Origin: a virus | Lineage: Duplodnaviria; Heunggongvirae; Uroviricota; Caudoviricetes | Virus record (IMG/VR): IMGVR_UViG_3300048930_000283 | Direction: 5' to 3' (one strand) | DNA: 42,873 nt | Shown here: positions 32,421 through 42,873 of the stretch, piece by piece | Position numbering within the stretch: position 1 is the first letter of the stretch | How the letters are laid out: every line of letters starts with the position of its first letter | Position numbers and translations under genes: made by a program | Notes under the pieces: generated by a model | What the model was told of the DNA's origin: nothing | Seen by the model: the letters and a program-made list of their open reading frames with translations, nothing else | Database searches by the model: none

Positions 32421-33073
32421 TATACTTCCCAAATAATAGTTGCCGGGGATGGGTGTGTCAACTCAGAATAATCAGAAAACAATGAAGGCCATCTGCACTG
32501 AAATTCTTTGGCTAGTGGGATCATTATTTGCTGAATCTGAGGATGCGCATCCCTATGCGTTCTGAGTTTAAAGATGTGGTTCCATTCCCTAACATTAGCA
32601 GAAACCTGAATCTCTGTCTTTAAAGAATTTGGCAATATAGATCGAGCCTCTTGTGGTTTGGCTCCACCATTTAGTAGTGTCATATAATTATGTTCTGCCA
32701 CATCACAAGAGGTCTTCCATATAGCGAAGTTGTCTGTTCCCACATCCCAAAAGAATGGTCGTATAACCGTTATCTCATTATTAAATTTACCCTTACTATA
32801 ATTGCAATATCTAGTACTTTCTTGGGAAAAAGCACATAATCGGTGTCTCACTAGTTCGTGTGTCACACCACGATCAGTGATAATTTGCACAGTAATGAGG
32901 GAGTGTTCCAAAACACTTTCATGTTTAAAACTCTTCAACTTTTCAATCAACTGAACATCTGATCCAGGACCAATTTTATCCTCAGATTTGTAGCAAATTC
33001 TACCACCTCGTTCGATGGTTTTCATCATGTTGCTATAATCAATAACTTTGGCCTGAGGTTCAATTATATTCAT
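32420..33073 (-). CDS. thyX: FAD-dependent thymidylate synthase
   Basis: HESVLEH, HELVRHR..SQESTRY, EARSILP. Confidence 0.95.
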   Translation of the reverse strand: MNIIEPQAKVIDYSNMMKTIERGGRICYKSEDKIGPGSDVQLIEKLKSFKHESVLEHSLITVQIITDRGVTHELVRHRLCAFSQESTRYCNYSKGKFNNEITVIRPFFWDVGTDNFAIWKTSCDVAEHNYMTLLNGGAKPQEARSILPNSLKTEIQVSANVREWNHIFKLRTHRDAHPQIQQIMIPLAKEFQCRWPSLFSDYSELTHPSPATIIWEV

Positions 33074-34091
33074 ATTTTTCCTCCTTAATCTGCACTCTAC
33101 ACCAGGACCCAAACTTCAATTCCGCAGCTAAGCCCTGATATGTATTATCATCAATTAACTGTTTTATTTCATCCTTCTTCATTCCTGAAAGTACCATTTC
33201 ATTAATGTCTTTGCCATGTTCGCCAGTAGGCAACATACAAACTTTCAGACCATCCATAACCATCTTCCGAACAATCTTCATAACCTCTTTATTTCGTACA
33301 TCAGTATCTGGAATATAAACCGTATCACTTGTACTAGTGAACTTCCATAGTGCAGAAGTACCAACAGCCACACAGTTATCCAGAAATAGAGCATCAATTG
33401 CACCCTCTAGAACATATACTGTTTTAGAAAAGTCCAACCGATCCAAACCGAAAAATCCCTTTTCTTCTTGCAGAGGTATCGTGTAATATTTTGGTTCAAC
33501 CTGACCAATAGTTCTAGCCGAGTATGCTGTCATTTTTCCATGCAAATCTCTCCACGGAAAAATCAATCTAGGATGATCCGCCAAAACTTTATTTGGAAAC
33601 TTGTCAGGAACATGACCCTTTGCCCAAGAAACGAATCTCTTCGCAAAATATATATCAGACCATCTCTCTCTAGGAATTTTTCGTTTAAGCAAATACTGAT
33701 ATGCAACCCCAGCTGGGTCCATATCACTAACCAACTCTAGTTTGTTAAGTAAAAGATTAACATCGTTAGTTTCATCCTTTGCTTCTTCTTTTTTTGGTGT
33801 ATCTAGAATTGGTTCATTCTTACCAAACTTATCCAGTAAATATGTTCTGTGGAGGTTTGTATCTAACCACTTTAGAAACGATCCAAACGACATTGATGCG
33901 CCACAATTATGGCATGCATAGTTTATATTGGATGACTTAGCATAGAAGTATCCACGACGCTTTTTGTTATTACGACTAGAGTCACCACAGATTGGACATC
34001 TGCAGTTGTATAACTCGTTCGGTTTCTTTTCCTTAAATCCTTCAATTCTATAGGAAATCATCCGAAGATATTTCAGGTCTACCCAAAGCAT
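33060..34091 (-). CDS. DNA primase, T4 gp61-like
   Basis: CPICGDS..CHNC; EGAIDALF; KDINEM. Confidence 0.93.
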   Translation of the reverse strand: MLWVDLKYLRMISYRIEGFKEKKPNELYNCRCPICGDSSRNNKKRRGYFYAKSSNINYACHNCGASMSFGSFLKWLDTNLHRTYLLDKFGKNEPILDTPKKEEAKDETNDVNLLLNKLELVSDMDPAGVAYQYLLKRKIPRERWSDIYFAKRFVSWAKGHVPDKFPNKVLADHPRLIFPWRDLHGKMTAYSARTIGQVEPKYYTIPLQEEKGFFGLDRLDFSKTVYVLEGAIDALFLDNCVAVGTSALWKFTSTSDTVYIPDTDVRNKEVMKIVRKMVMDGLKVCMLPTGEHGKDINEMVLSGMKKDEIKQLIDDNTYQGLAAELKFGSWCRVQIKEEKYEYN

Positions 34092-34235
34092 ATCACTTAA
34101 TACCAGTATTCAATCAATACATTATAAAATAGATGGGAATTTAATACAAGAAGTTTTTAGTTATCGATTTGACAATAAATAAATCGCATGTCAGTATGTG
34201 CTTGTTGCTGCTTCGGTATGTAATATAAAACCAAA

Positions 34236-34481
34236 TTAATCAATTTCTTGATTATTCTTATTTTTAATCTCTTCAAGTATATTTTCAAGCTTTAAGCTAT
34301 ATTCGATTACATCAATATAGTTCAATTCAAGATTTCTTATTTGTCTAGCATCATCAATATCGTTATCTCTAAGGACAGGCCTAGCTGGTAGCTCAAATTC
34401 AGGTGCTTGATACACATATTTAGTTGAGCTACATGCAGATATAAGAAGAAAACATAATATTGTAACCACTATCTTTTCCAC
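34236..34481 (-). CDS. o-spanin-like lipoprotein
   Basis: lipobox LISAC; overlaps the i-spanin end. Confidence 0.65.
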   Translation of the reverse strand: MEKIVVTILCFLLISACSSTKYVYQAPEFELPARPVLRDNDIDDARQIRNLELNYIDVIEYSLKLENILEEIKNKNNQEID

Positions 34482-34834
34482 AACTCAATCGCCTTATCGT
34501 TAGTTTCTCTGGTTTCACTTACCAAATCATTGCAAGTTTTTGGTAGAGGTTTTTGTTTTAGTTTATCCCTAAACACGTTCACTTTAAGAGATAAGGTATC
34601 ATTTTCCTTTTTAACTTTATCAATATTTGATTGTAACCTGATCGTGCTAGAACTAATATCATTTAATGACGACTCAAGTGTACGTTTTTCTATCACCAAC
34701 TCATTTAATTTACCCTCTAATTTTTCAGTCTTACTTTGATATCTGTTAATAACCAACATCTGAAAAAGTAAAAATGCAATGAGAGATATTACTAAAAAGT
34801 TAGTAGTGTTTTTTCGTACTGGTTTGTTATTCAC
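34469..34834 (-). CDS. i-spanin-like protein
   Basis: N-terminal TM plus coiled coil. Confidence 0.65.
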   Translation of the reverse strand: MNNKPVRKNTTNFLVISLIAFLLFQMLVINRYQSKTEKLEGKLNELVIEKRTLESSLNDISSSTIRLQSNIDKVKKENDTLSLKVNVFRDKLKQKPLPKTCNDLVSETRETNDKAIELWKR

Positions 34835-35315
34835 CTACAATTTCCTTAAACCTTGGATATTTTCGTTTTTCATTCCTTCTAACCATTTTAGGTTTTCTAT
34901 TAACCAATGGTTCCAAATCCAATCCCTGAACATTTGCCACCGCAGTGGAAGCTATTTCTTCAAACAAGGATATTTCATCAGATGAAACCAAATCACTTAA
35001 AGAAGTTATATCTTCAAGCAAGATGTCATTTCGCTTACCTTCTAGGCACTCTCTCATCAACAAAAATGACGCAACCAATGATTTAAGTCTAGAATCACCA
35101 CCAGGTAGAGAGGCCAGCATTCGTTTTACACGAAAAATCAATCTATGAAGATATGTAACAGAATCCTTTTCCTCTTGAGTCATCTGACTAGATTTCTTTA
35201 GGATATTTCCGTTAGAATCAATAACACCAAGTGCATATGCATCAAAGTCAGTAAAAGGCATCTGCAAAAGATAAACCAATCTTAAGGCAATAGCATTATC
35301 TACAATGGATGTCAT
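34827..35315 (-). CDS. conserved T4-like phage protein
   Basis: PFTDFDAYALGVID.NG. Confidence 0.75.
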   Translation of the reverse strand: MTSIVDNAIALRLVYLLQMPFTDFDAYALGVIDSNGNILKKSSQMTQEEKDSVTYLHRLIFRVKRMLASLPGGDSRLKSLVASFLLMRECLEGKRNDILLEDITSLSDLVSSDEISLFEEIASTAVANVQGLDLEPLVNRKPKMVRRNEKRKYPRFKEIVGE

Positions 35316-35686
35316 ATCCGTTTTAGTTCGTTAGTTATGGTGTCATCAAATGGTATGTTATCACTCACTACTTTTAATTCTATAATGGTATCAGGCATTA
35401 GATTAAGAAATGATAACACTGTTTTTAGTTTGGGCCATTTACATACTTCAATATATGAAAATAACATTTTAGTACACATATCTCTGTCGAATACGTTATA
35501 AACGACAACAATGTGATTTAGAAGCAACCTAATATCACATTCGCTTCTGTTTAACAATTTCTTTATATACTTGAATCTCTTAAAGTCCTCTTCAAACTCA
35601 CTCACAGTAACACAGTGTGGATTGTCATAATATTTTAATGCCAATGGTAAAATGTTTTTTTGCCTAAGAAACTCACTATCTATCAT
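35312..35686 (-). CDS. conserved T4-like phage protein
   Basis: YDNPHC..EFEED..RLLLNHI..YNVF. Confidence 0.75.
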   Translation of the reverse strand: MIDSEFLRQKNILPLALKYYDNPHCVTVSEFEEDFKRFKYIKKLLNRSECDIRLLLNHIVVVYNVFDRDMCTKMLFSYIEVCKWPKLKTVLSFLNLMPDTIIELKVVSDNIPFDDTITNELKRI

Positions 35687-36324
35687 ACCGTAGATAATGT
35701 TGCTCCGTTGTTACCAACACATACCCACTTAGAGTTTAAGTATTTTAGTGTCAATGCATCACCAATTGCAGTTGATAAACCTATTCTATTAAAACCTAAA
35801 CCATCCACAGTTATCGTAGCAGTAGAACCACCTGTATCTATTGCCTTAAGATAGATGTTTTTTGTTTGCCCATCTGTTCCACTACCTAACGTGTAAGTGC
35901 ATGAACCATATATTTCTAAGGCTGTAGTTTCCCTTAATGGAGATATAGTTGCACCAGTAACTGATGCACTTGGTGGGTGGGTAATAATCTCTGAAGAACC
36001 AACAAACACTCCGTCAGTAGTTGCTGACCCTACCTGAACATTGCCTATATTTACATGAAAGGTACTATTTGGAGTTGATGTTCCAATTCCAATTCTATCA
36101 TTAACACCATCAACAAACAATAAATTTGAAACTCCATTTGATGAGAATACAACGTCTATAGCATTCTGTGTTGGATTAAATCTTATAGTGTCATCACTGT
36201 TAAGATTTTTGAGAAGAGATGCCACAGAAATTTTCTTATTAACACCATTCTGAATCACCATCAAAATATCTGTTGGTGTTAATGTAAGGGTGCTTGCTAA
36301 CTGTGTTACCTTTATCTCAGCCAT
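35683..36324 (-). CDS. virion structural protein
   Basis: KVTQL..D N-terminus; IGIGTSTP; beta-rich. Confidence 0.7.
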   Translation of the reverse strand: MAEIKVTQLASTLTLTPTDILMVIQNGVNKKISVASLLKNLNSDDTIRFNPTQNAIDVVFSSNGVSNLLFVDGVNDRIGIGTSTPNSTFHVNIGNVQVGSATTDGVFVGSSEIITHPPSASVTGATISPLRETTALEIYGSCTYTLGSGTDGQTKNIYLKAIDTGGSTATITVDGLGFNRIGLSTAIGDALTLKYLNSKWVCVGNNGATLSTV

Positions 36325-36325
36325 A

Positions 36326-36769
36326 TTATGCTACCACCACACCGTTTCCGCCAACAATGTACCAATAACCACCAACCTCTTTTAGAGTAACCGATTCACC
36401 AGTAGCACTTAATGTTGCTGTAGTAAAACCAACACCTCCAGTAACAGTTATTGTTGCTGTGTATGTAGGAGTGACTGCAGATGCAACTATTATTTTTTGT
36501 TTGCCCACATCTGCAGCTATTGGTGCAGCTAAAGTATAGTTGACGTTTGCAGCTGATGGTACAGATACTACACTAACCTCAATATTTTTTGAGAGAGCCC
36601 CTGATACAACTGTCTCTGGTGTTTCTTGTGATACCGGTGCTTTAGGAACCTTTGATAGAAACGTAGAAACATCAACATTTTTGGTTTCCCCTGACTGAAC
36701 TAATACAAGTAGGTCACCAGTGTTTAGTGTTGATGCTGCATTTAGGTCACTGATTTTTGCGTCTGCCAT
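36326..36769 (-). CDS. virion structural protein
   Basis: MADAKISDL; resembles the adjacent gene. Confidence 0.7.
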   Translation of the reverse strand: MADAKISDLNAASTLNTGDLLVLVQSGETKNVDVSTFLSKVPKAPVSQETPETVVSGALSKNIEVSVVSVPSAANVNYTLAAPIAADVGKQKIIVASAVTPTYTATITVTGGVGFTTATLSATGESVTLKEVGGYWYIVGGNGVVVA

Positions 36770-36771
36770 AA

Positions 36772-37950
36772 TTACTCCTTACTCCTTGCTACTGTTTTAG
36801 CTATATCCAAAACCTGTTTTGTCTCGATTGGTTCCTCAAAAATATTCTCAAAACCCTCCATCATAGTTAATACTTTTCTGATTCCCATAGTTTGGGCACC
36901 AGATAGAGTAACCGACTTGCCTTCTTTGATAATTTCACCATCTAAGGTCACTTCATATTTATACATCACACCTTCTTGGTATGTATCAACACCATATTCG
37001 TACTCAGTTCCATCAAAATCTTCGTGAACGATCTTAATACCTTTCTGATTTGAATGTTTAGACCAAGCATCAAGTGCTGCCTTCTCAGATGGGTGACTTG
37101 AAATTCTCTGCCCATTTCTGACTAAATGATGTCTATGAGCTAAATTACCTGCACCAGATTTACTACTCATTTCATCGTGCCATTCTCTTTCAGCATGACG
37201 CCCCATAGCCGCCATAGATTGTTCATTCACATGTGGGTCAAACATGGGGTCAAACATGCCAACTACTAATTGATCGTAGTAATTACCTTTATCTTCTAAT
37301 TTAGCAATATACTTTTCTCTATCCTTAACTGATTTGTGCCATGTTTCTTTTTGACCGAGGCGTTTTTCTTTACCCATAAATTCCATGTGTCTTAAGCCAT
37401 ATGGGTGTGACGGATGATATTGTGATTTAACCTCATTCAACTCGAGTTCTTCATTTTGTCTCCCATAATATGCACCAAGTGCCATCTTAATTCTTTCCTC
37501 TTTTGACTTTCCTTTGAACCTAGGATTATCTGAATGAACAAAATCATGAATCCATTCACCTGCAGATGCATCCTTTGATAGAACCTCATTTAGTTCCAAT
37601 TCAATCTCTTCCATTCTAACCTTTCTGGTTGCCTTGATTGCCTTATAACCATCTTTTGGTTTTAGAACTTTAGGCATTAGTGAAGAGGGAAACTCCATCT
37701 TCTTAGGTAATTCTTGAGTCGCCTTACGTGGTCTCCCTCGCCCACGTTTAACTTCTGGTTTTGGTTGCTCTTTGGTTTCGTCTGCCCCAGCGTCGTAGTC
37801 TGCCCCATATGATTTGCCACGGACCACCTTACCTTTAACCACTGGTTTTACCTTATACTTACCAGATACTCTTCGATTAAATGAAATGGGTTCATCCATG
37901 AATTCGGATGGATCAATGGATTCATTCGTTTTGGTGTTTTTTGTTGTCAT
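36772..37950 (-). CDS. modular hypothetical protein, probably an internal head protein
   Basis: AT-hook RGRGRP; repeated ELELNE. Confidence 0.6.
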   Translation of the reverse strand: MTTKNTKTNESIDPSEFMDEPISFNRRVSGKYKVKPVVKGKVVRGKSYGADYDAGADETKEQPKPEVKRGRGRPRKATQELPKKMEFPSSLMPKVLKPKDGYKAIKATRKVRMEEIELELNEVLSKDASAGEWIHDFVHSDNPRFKGKSKEERIKMALGAYYGRQNEELELNEVKSQYHPSHPYGLRHMEFMGKEKRLGQKETWHKSVKDREKYIAKLEDKGNYYDQLVVGMFDPMFDPHVNEQSMAAMGRHAEREWHDEMSSKSGAGNLAHRHHLVRNGQRISSHPSEKAALDAWSKHSNQKGIKIVHEDFDGTEYEYGVDTYQEGVMYKYEVTLDGEIIKEGKSVTLSGAQTMGIRKVLTMMEGFENIFEEPIETKQVLDIAKTVARSKE

Positions 37951-37968
37951 TAGTTCTTCTCCATCAAT

Positions 37969-38220
37969 TTACTTAGGTAAAATACAATCATAGTCATCAG
38001 TATCAATGACTCTATTTTTTGCAATCATGTTCTCCACCATTTTGTGTAGAGCAACATCATCTTTAGCTTCTTCTCTGGCCCACTCTAAGCAACGAATAAT
38101 TAAGGGAACAGATAATGTTACTGTCTGTCGATATTTAGAAATCTGCTCTAATAGGTCTTTGGATATCATACCAATTCCATAAATTTTTGTGTTGGTTTGG
38201 CGTAAATATTCTTGTCCCAT
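37969..38220 (-). CDS. hypothetical phage protein
   Basis: VPLIIRCLEWAREEAK. Confidence 0.6.
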   Translation of the reverse strand: MGQEYLRQTNTKIYGIGMISKDLLEQISKYRQTVTLSVPLIIRCLEWAREEAKDDVALHKMVENMIAKNRVIDTDDYDCILPK

Positions 38221-39758
38221 TTTATGCCAGCCTTTGTGGCAAGATTAAGCATTTTACCCCATATTTTCCACCCCTCAGGTGTATGCTTTTCTGCTTTCAT
38301 TTTAATTGCAGCACTGTTTACTACATCAACTGGGCTACCATCACTAGATACTCCAGCAGACATTGCTAAGATAGCAGCTACCTTACTCTGGTCTGCTGCA
38401 GCAAAACTAACTCCCTCGACTATTGCATACTCCAATAACTTGTCCTCAGCGTTTGACAAAACTGACGTAGGTATGTCAAATTTTTTCATGTATCTCAATG
38501 CACGATCATATTCAGTTCGATAGTATTCAAATTTTTCATTCAGGTTTGATATATCTAACAATGCATCAGTACTCTTAATACAATTTAATAACGCATAACT
38601 GTCTTCATTATCGCTGCAGAGATCCGCAAACACATTCTTCAGTTCACTATTAAAGTTTCTAGGGGTATATCCCTTATAATTAAAATCAGGTGACTCTTTC
38701 AATTTGAGTGGTTTGTTTTCTGAAATCTTAACATCGTCTAACCATCTCTTAAATATATTGCCCTCTTTAACTAAGGTTAGATAGTTTGTACCTAGATTGA
38801 TGATCTCTGCTAACTGTCCATCCTTGGTTTCTACAATATCTCCAACCTTAAACAGTTTTCCGTCCTTATAATCTTCTCGAATATTTCCGGCATATACTTT
38901 AGTGAACGCTTTGCTAAAAGCCTTATTACTTTTCTCTCGTTTCTCTCGAGATCTTTTGTTGAGTGCTCCTTCTGGTTTATCGTTATCAGCAACCACTTTA
39001 TTCATGTAGTTAACCAACTTAACCTTAGAAATTTCATCTAAATATAAAGATTCATTAAGAAAATCCTCTGCTACATCTTTTCTAGTTAGTCCTTTTGATT
39101 TTAGAACTGTATCAACGTAATTTTTCTTATCTCTTTTACCAAGATTTTCACTTTTTGGTTTTACCCTAGTTCTAATCTTACTCATTAGAGCGTGCACTTC
39201 ATCATCAGTTACGTTATGGTGAATCATACTTCTGACAGATTCAAAGTCGCCTTTTATTGCTGCTTCTCTAACCTTGGTACCGCTGACATTATTTTGCTCA
39301 TTTCTCTCTGCCGCACTAACCACATTTATCTTATTGAAGGCATATCCAGACTTATCTTTTCCATCAGGGGATACCTTAAACTTACCATTATACTTATCTA
39401 ATTTCTCCTGAAACTCACCTTGACGATCACTCCCTGTCACTACTGTAACATGAGTATATCCTTGCTTATGCAAGTTAGCCATTGCATGAAAAATCGTTGG
39501 TTCCTCTTTTGATGAGGACTTAAATGCCTTCTTATGTGTGGGATATGACTTTCGTAGAATATCTAATTTTTCATCTGCAGTCAACGGATCAGATTTTGCA
39601 TTTTGCCCATGAGAAACATATAGGTGATGGTCTCCAGGATATGAGATCGCTTTCTCAATAACCTTAGAGTGTCCTGTGGTTGGTGGTTGCATACGTCCAA
39701 ATACTAAAACCGCATGTTTCCCCTTGGTTGCTTCTTGAAGTTCTTTTAGAGTTTTCAT
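38166..39758 (-). CDS. cytidylyltransferase-like protein
   Basis: FGRMQPPTTGH, DPL, GSDR, SGTKVR. Confidence 0.85.
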   Translation of the reverse strand: MKTLKELQEATKGKHAVLVFGRMQPPTTGHSKVIEKAISYPGDHHLYVSHGQNAKSDPLTADEKLDILRKSYPTHKKAFKSSSKEEPTIFHAMANLHKQGYTHVTVVTGSDRQGEFQEKLDKYNGKFKVSPDGKDKSGYAFNKINVVSAAERNEQNNVSGTKVREAAIKGDFESVRSMIHHNVTDDEVHALMSKIRTRVKPKSENLGKRDKKNYVDTVLKSKGLTRKDVAEDFLNESLYLDEISKVKLVNYMNKVVADNDKPEGALNKRSREKREKSNKAFSKAFTKVYAGNIREDYKDGKLFKVGDIVETKDGQLAEIINLGTNYLTLVKEGNIFKRWLDDVKISENKPLKLKESPDFNYKGYTPRNFNSELKNVFADLCSDNEDSYALLNCIKSTDALLDISNLNEKFEYYRTEYDRALRYMKKFDIPTSVLSNAEDKLLEYAIVEGVSFAAADQSKVAAILAMSAGVSSDGSPVDVVNSAAIKMKAEKHTPEGWKIWGKMLNLATKAGIKWDKNIYAKPTQKFMELV

Positions 39759-39783
39759 AATCTGTCCATCAATGTTATATTTA

Positions 39784-40182
39784 TTATCCTTTATATTGTT
39801 CCGTGTCTGAGATAGGAGATGTAAGTATCTCATTAGCACGACCTGATCCAATAATACCTGCTGCCTCCAATAATTGAACCCCTGCTATTGTTTCGGGTAA
39901 CGTCAGATCTATATAAGTTGCTGCATTTACGTCGTCAAGATAAACCTTAAGTTGAACGTTGCTCTCTGCTGCAGTGTAAAGGGCAATCTTTTCGTTTGTA
40001 GTAAACCTATTTCGGAATGCGAGTCGTGTGACCTTACTATCAATTGGTGTTGGAAATGGAAGCACCTCCTCAACTACTAACACAAAATCGTTCGGATGAT
40101 GATTCTGCATGAACTGCTCGTCTGCTAAAATTTCCTGGTTTGTTGAAATTATTTTATATCTCATCTCTTCCTCAATATTCAA
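39784..40182 (-). CDS. tail-fibre-associated hypothetical protein
   Basis: TRLAFRNRFT..IDL..RANEIL. Confidence 0.65.
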   Translation of the reverse strand: MNIEEEMRYKIISTNQEILADEQFMQNHHPNDFVLVVEEVLPFPTPIDSKVTRLAFRNRFTTNEKIALYTAAESNVQLKVYLDDVNAATYIDLTLPETIAGVQLLEAAGIIGSGRANEILTSPISDTEQYKG

Positions 40183-41203
40183 TAACTACTAGTCCACCGC
40201 CGCCGGCGCCGCTGGTGACGGTGCCGGGCGCGGCGTTGACGCTTGCCGCCCCGCCGCCGCCTCCGCCACTGGCACCAGCGGCGCCGGTGCAGGCGGCAGT
40301 CCCATCATGTGCTGAACCCCCGCCGCCGCCACATAGGCCACCCCCACCGGCCGCACCTGCCGCCGCGCCGGACGAATATTTCCCGGCGCCGCCGCCGCCA
40401 TAGGCCCCTGCGCCAGCGGTACCAGAACCATTCCCGCAACCACCAGACCCAAAAACCGGTAAAACACCATTAATGCCAGAGGGTAGTTCGCCCACACCAC
40501 CGGTATTTACAACCCCAAACACGTCAGCGCCACCAGTTCCGGCGGCTGCCAGTCCCACACCGCCTGGCCCACCCGCACCGCCGCCGCCGCCAACATGGGT
40601 CGTTGTCGTGGGTTCTCCCCCGATGCCACCGACGCCTGCCCCGCCCGCAGCGACAGATCCGGAAGTAATCACCGCCGCGCCGCCTGCGTAAGCTGTCCCT
40701 GCCGCTGCAACCGCACCGCCACCACCCGCACCGCTGCCGGATGTCGTCACCGTCGCCGCACCGCCCGCGCCGCCCGTAATATTGATGTCGCCGCCTGTCG
40801 CAGTTCCACCCGCGCCTCCCGCCGCAGCAACCGCAGTGGTAGTGCTTACCGCACCCCCGCCGCCGCCGTTCGCGGTGATCGTGTTCGTGCCATCGGCGTA
40901 GCTACTGTTGCCGCCCGCATTGCCAGGATTCGAGGAAGTTACCGCCGCACCGCCCGCACCGACTGTGATCGTGCAGGTCACGCCAGCAGCGAGGGATAGG
41001 GTCTTTTGCGCGAATCCACCAGCACCGCCACCGGAAGCAGCGCGAACGCCAGTCCCGCCCGTTGCTCCACCTGAGCCGCCAGCGCCGATTACCGTGATGC
41101 GATACTTCCCGGCCTTCGGCGTGGTGAAACTGCCGGATGCGCTGAAATAGCGGCGATTGGGGAAATCCACGCCCCCGCCAAAGAATTGATTCAGATTACT
41201 CAT
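40172..41203 (-). CDS. glycine-rich tail fibre / receptor-binding protein
   Basis: GAGGSGG..ITVGAGG..GAGGGGLVVIEY. Confidence 0.8.
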   Translation of the reverse strand: MSNLNQFFGGGVDFPNRRYFSASGSFTTPKAGKYRITVIGAGGSGGATGGTGVRAASGGGAGGFAQKTLSLAAGVTCTITVGAGGAAVTSSNPGNAGGNSSYADGTNTITANGGGGGAVSTTTAVAAAGGAGGTATGGDINITGGAGGAATVTTSGSGAGGGGAVAAAGTAYAGGAAVITSGSVAAGGAGVGGIGGEPTTTTHVGGGGGAGGPGGVGLAAAGTGGADVFGVVNTGGVGELPSGINGVLPVFGSGGCGNGSGTAGAGAYGGGGAGKYSSGAAAGAAGGGGLCGGGGGSAHDGTAACTGAAGASGGGGGGAASVNAAPGTVTSGAGGGGLVVIEY

Positions 41204-41643
41204 GTCAGTCTCCAGCCTTCCGTAGCATCAATGTAAGTGAGGGTGAATGCAGCGTTGCTGTCAGATACCGTCATGTCCTCCGACAGCCCCATGATCTTCA
41301 GACTGTTCCGGGCAACCGTGAGGTTGTAGGTGGCGAACGTCCCGGCGTAGTCGGCAACATGCACAACATCATTAGCAGAAGGAGAGGCGGGAAGCGTTAG
41401 TGTCCATGCGCCGCCAGAGGTGTCAGCCATGATATATTCACCTGATGATGCTGTATAGTTTGCAGTTTTAACCTGCCATGATGGGGTTGATCCACCACTA
41501 GGAACGGCTAAAGTGCCATCATCACGAACAAATTTAGTCCCGTCAGGTGTGCCAGTAGCAATAGATGATATGGATATCTTATCCCCGCTGGGCATTTCAG
41601 CATATTGCCCTGATACCTGAACTATTGGTTTTCTATCAGTCAT
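41200..41643 (-). CDS. tail fibre-associated structural protein
   Basis: ADTSGGAWTLTLPASP..D..GW. Confidence 0.7.
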   Translation of the reverse strand: MTDRKPIVQVSGQYAEMPSGDKISISSIATGTPDGTKFVRDDGTLAVPSGGSTPSWQVKTANYTASSGEYIMADTSGGAWTLTLPASPSANDVVHVADYAGTFATYNLTVARNSLKIMGLSEDMTVSDSNAAFTLTYIDATEGWRLT

Positions 41644-41646
41644 ATG

Positions 41647-42864
41647 TTACAGTTGAATTGGTTCACCAAAATTTAGCAAAAGTTGAGTGGTTGATAACCC
41701 TATTCCTACTCTGCAAATATACCCAGTACTAGGAGCAGTTGTTGTTAAATTACCAGCAGTTGAATTAGATAGAAAGTACACTGACCCAGGAGTCAATCCA
41801 CCAGTTTGACCCGTAACTGCATCCCACTCTCCTGTTGTCCCAGTAATAGTACCATTGACGATAATAGTACCAGATGATGTATCATTTATCGCCGCTGATG
41901 CTAAACCAATACTTCTGAAGGTAGATGCACTATTAGCATTGGCTTTTGCTATTTCGTCAGCAGTAGTTGTTTTATAAACGGCCTTGAATTTTTCAATTGT
42001 TGCACCAGTTTGATTGGTTAGTGAAACTCCTAGTTGAGGAGCAGCACCATCTGCTGTACCAGCAGTTACCCTTCCATAAGTATCAACAGTAACAGAACCA
42101 TATGTTCCAGGAGTAACAACACCTGAAGCCAAATCAAATGTTGGGTTTCCAGCAACACCATCACCATTAGTTACCGAAACCCTTCCTGAACCTGTTAAAG
42201 TTCTCTTAGTAAACGTATCTGCTGCTGTCTCAACAACTACACCTGCGGTAGCATCAAGACCAGCCAACGCAGTTAATGTTGCATCTGATTGTTGTGCACC
42301 AACATCTGAATATGTGGCAGCACCAGTATTGGTTACCCTACCATATATATCAACGGTAACTTTGGTAAATCCAGACCCAGCTCCGCTTCCACCAATCGTT
42401 GGTTGACCTAAATCAATGTTATCTGCATTTACTAAAACTCTGGTTGAATCTGCAGTTGCAATATCTAACTGATTACCTGTTTTAGTTAATCCTGCCCCCG
42501 CAGTAACCTGACCCAACCCACTAGTCTGTGTGAAGGTTAGAGATGTAGATCCTACTGTTATTGGATCATTGGTTGTTAATGTCCAACCAGTATCTTCATT
42601 TGTGGTTCCTTCGTTGACCCACAATGTGGCACCTGCAACAACCTCTCCTGAACTACTATTCCCATCAAAGTCAGTTGCTCGAGTTGCAGGAGTTGTTGAT
42701 GTATCCCAAATATACACACCATTTTGAGAAGGAGTAGATTGATTTTTTGCTAAAAATCTATCACCATTAGCCATTGAAACACCGTCAATGGTTGCTCCTG
42801 GCAGCGATAAATTAATATTCCCGGTTGATGCCACTCTAACGGATTCATATAGTCGCTGCCCCAT
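41647..42864 (-). CDS. tail fibre / head decoration-like structural protein (true start may lie beyond the window)
   Basis: [18 protein letters not shown]; VTVD.YGRVT repeats. Confidence 0.75.
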   Translation of the reverse strand: MGQRLYESVRVASTGNINLSLPGATIDGVSMANGDRFLAKNQSTPSQNGVYIWDTSTTPATRATDFDGNSSSGEVVAGATLWVNEGTTNEDTGWTLTTNDPITVGSTSLTFTQTSGLGQVTAGAGLTKTGNQLDIATADSTRVLVNADNIDLGQPTIGGSGAGSGFTKVTVDIYGRVTNTGAATYSDVGAQQSDATLTALAGLDATAGVVVETAADTFTKRTLTGSGRVSVTNGDGVAGNPTFDLASGVVTPGTYGSVTVDTYGRVTAGTADGAAPQLGVSLTNQTGATIEKFKAVYKTTTADEIAKANANSASTFRSIGLASAAINDTSSGTIIVNGTITGTTGEWDAVTGQTGGLTPGSVYFLSNSTAGNLTTTAPSTGYICRVGIGLSTTQLLLNFGEPIQL

Positions 42865-42873
42865 AACCCTGGC

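Noticed and set aside
37235-37257. Short gggtcaaacat duplication
   Set aside because: In-frame 12-bp micro-duplication (MFDP x2) inside a coding gene; no sign of wider significance.
40140-41150. Pro/Arg-rich alternative-frame ORFs
   Set aside because: By-products of the GC-rich glycine codons of 40172-41203.

Overview
A segment of a large T4-like (myovirus/jumbo) phage genome, almost entirely minus-strand coded. Left (1-6.6 kb): metallophosphoesterases, a GIY-YIG endonuclease, an Rnl1-like RNA ligase, a Pnk-like kinase, a histone-like protein and an HNH nuclease. Middle (7.3-21.3 kb): a ~14 kb stable-RNA island. It holds 36 hand-folded tRNA genes covering every amino acid except Lys, an anticodon-less tRNA, a minimal RNase P RNA, a permuted two-piece tmRNA, a probable GOLLD RNA with an embedded tRNA-like module, a Y-RNA-like RNA and several unexplained closed-stem ncRNAs. 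Right: queD, SLT, DsbA-like, RNAP omega-like, VWA/MoxR pair, nucleotidyltransferase, nrdJ, dut, thyX, primase, spanins and virion/tail genes. Two candidate undescribed systems stand out. (1) A leader-peptide attenuator at the head of the RNA island whose 26 codons are 25 different codons, suggesting a sensor of the whole tRNA pool. (2) Endonuclease cassettes that split a tRNA gene at or near its anticodon while carrying a divergent replacement tRNA of apparently the same specificity, in two cases with the nuclease stop codon inside that replacement tRNA. All calls are by eye; no searches or folding programs were run, and ends may be off by a few nt.
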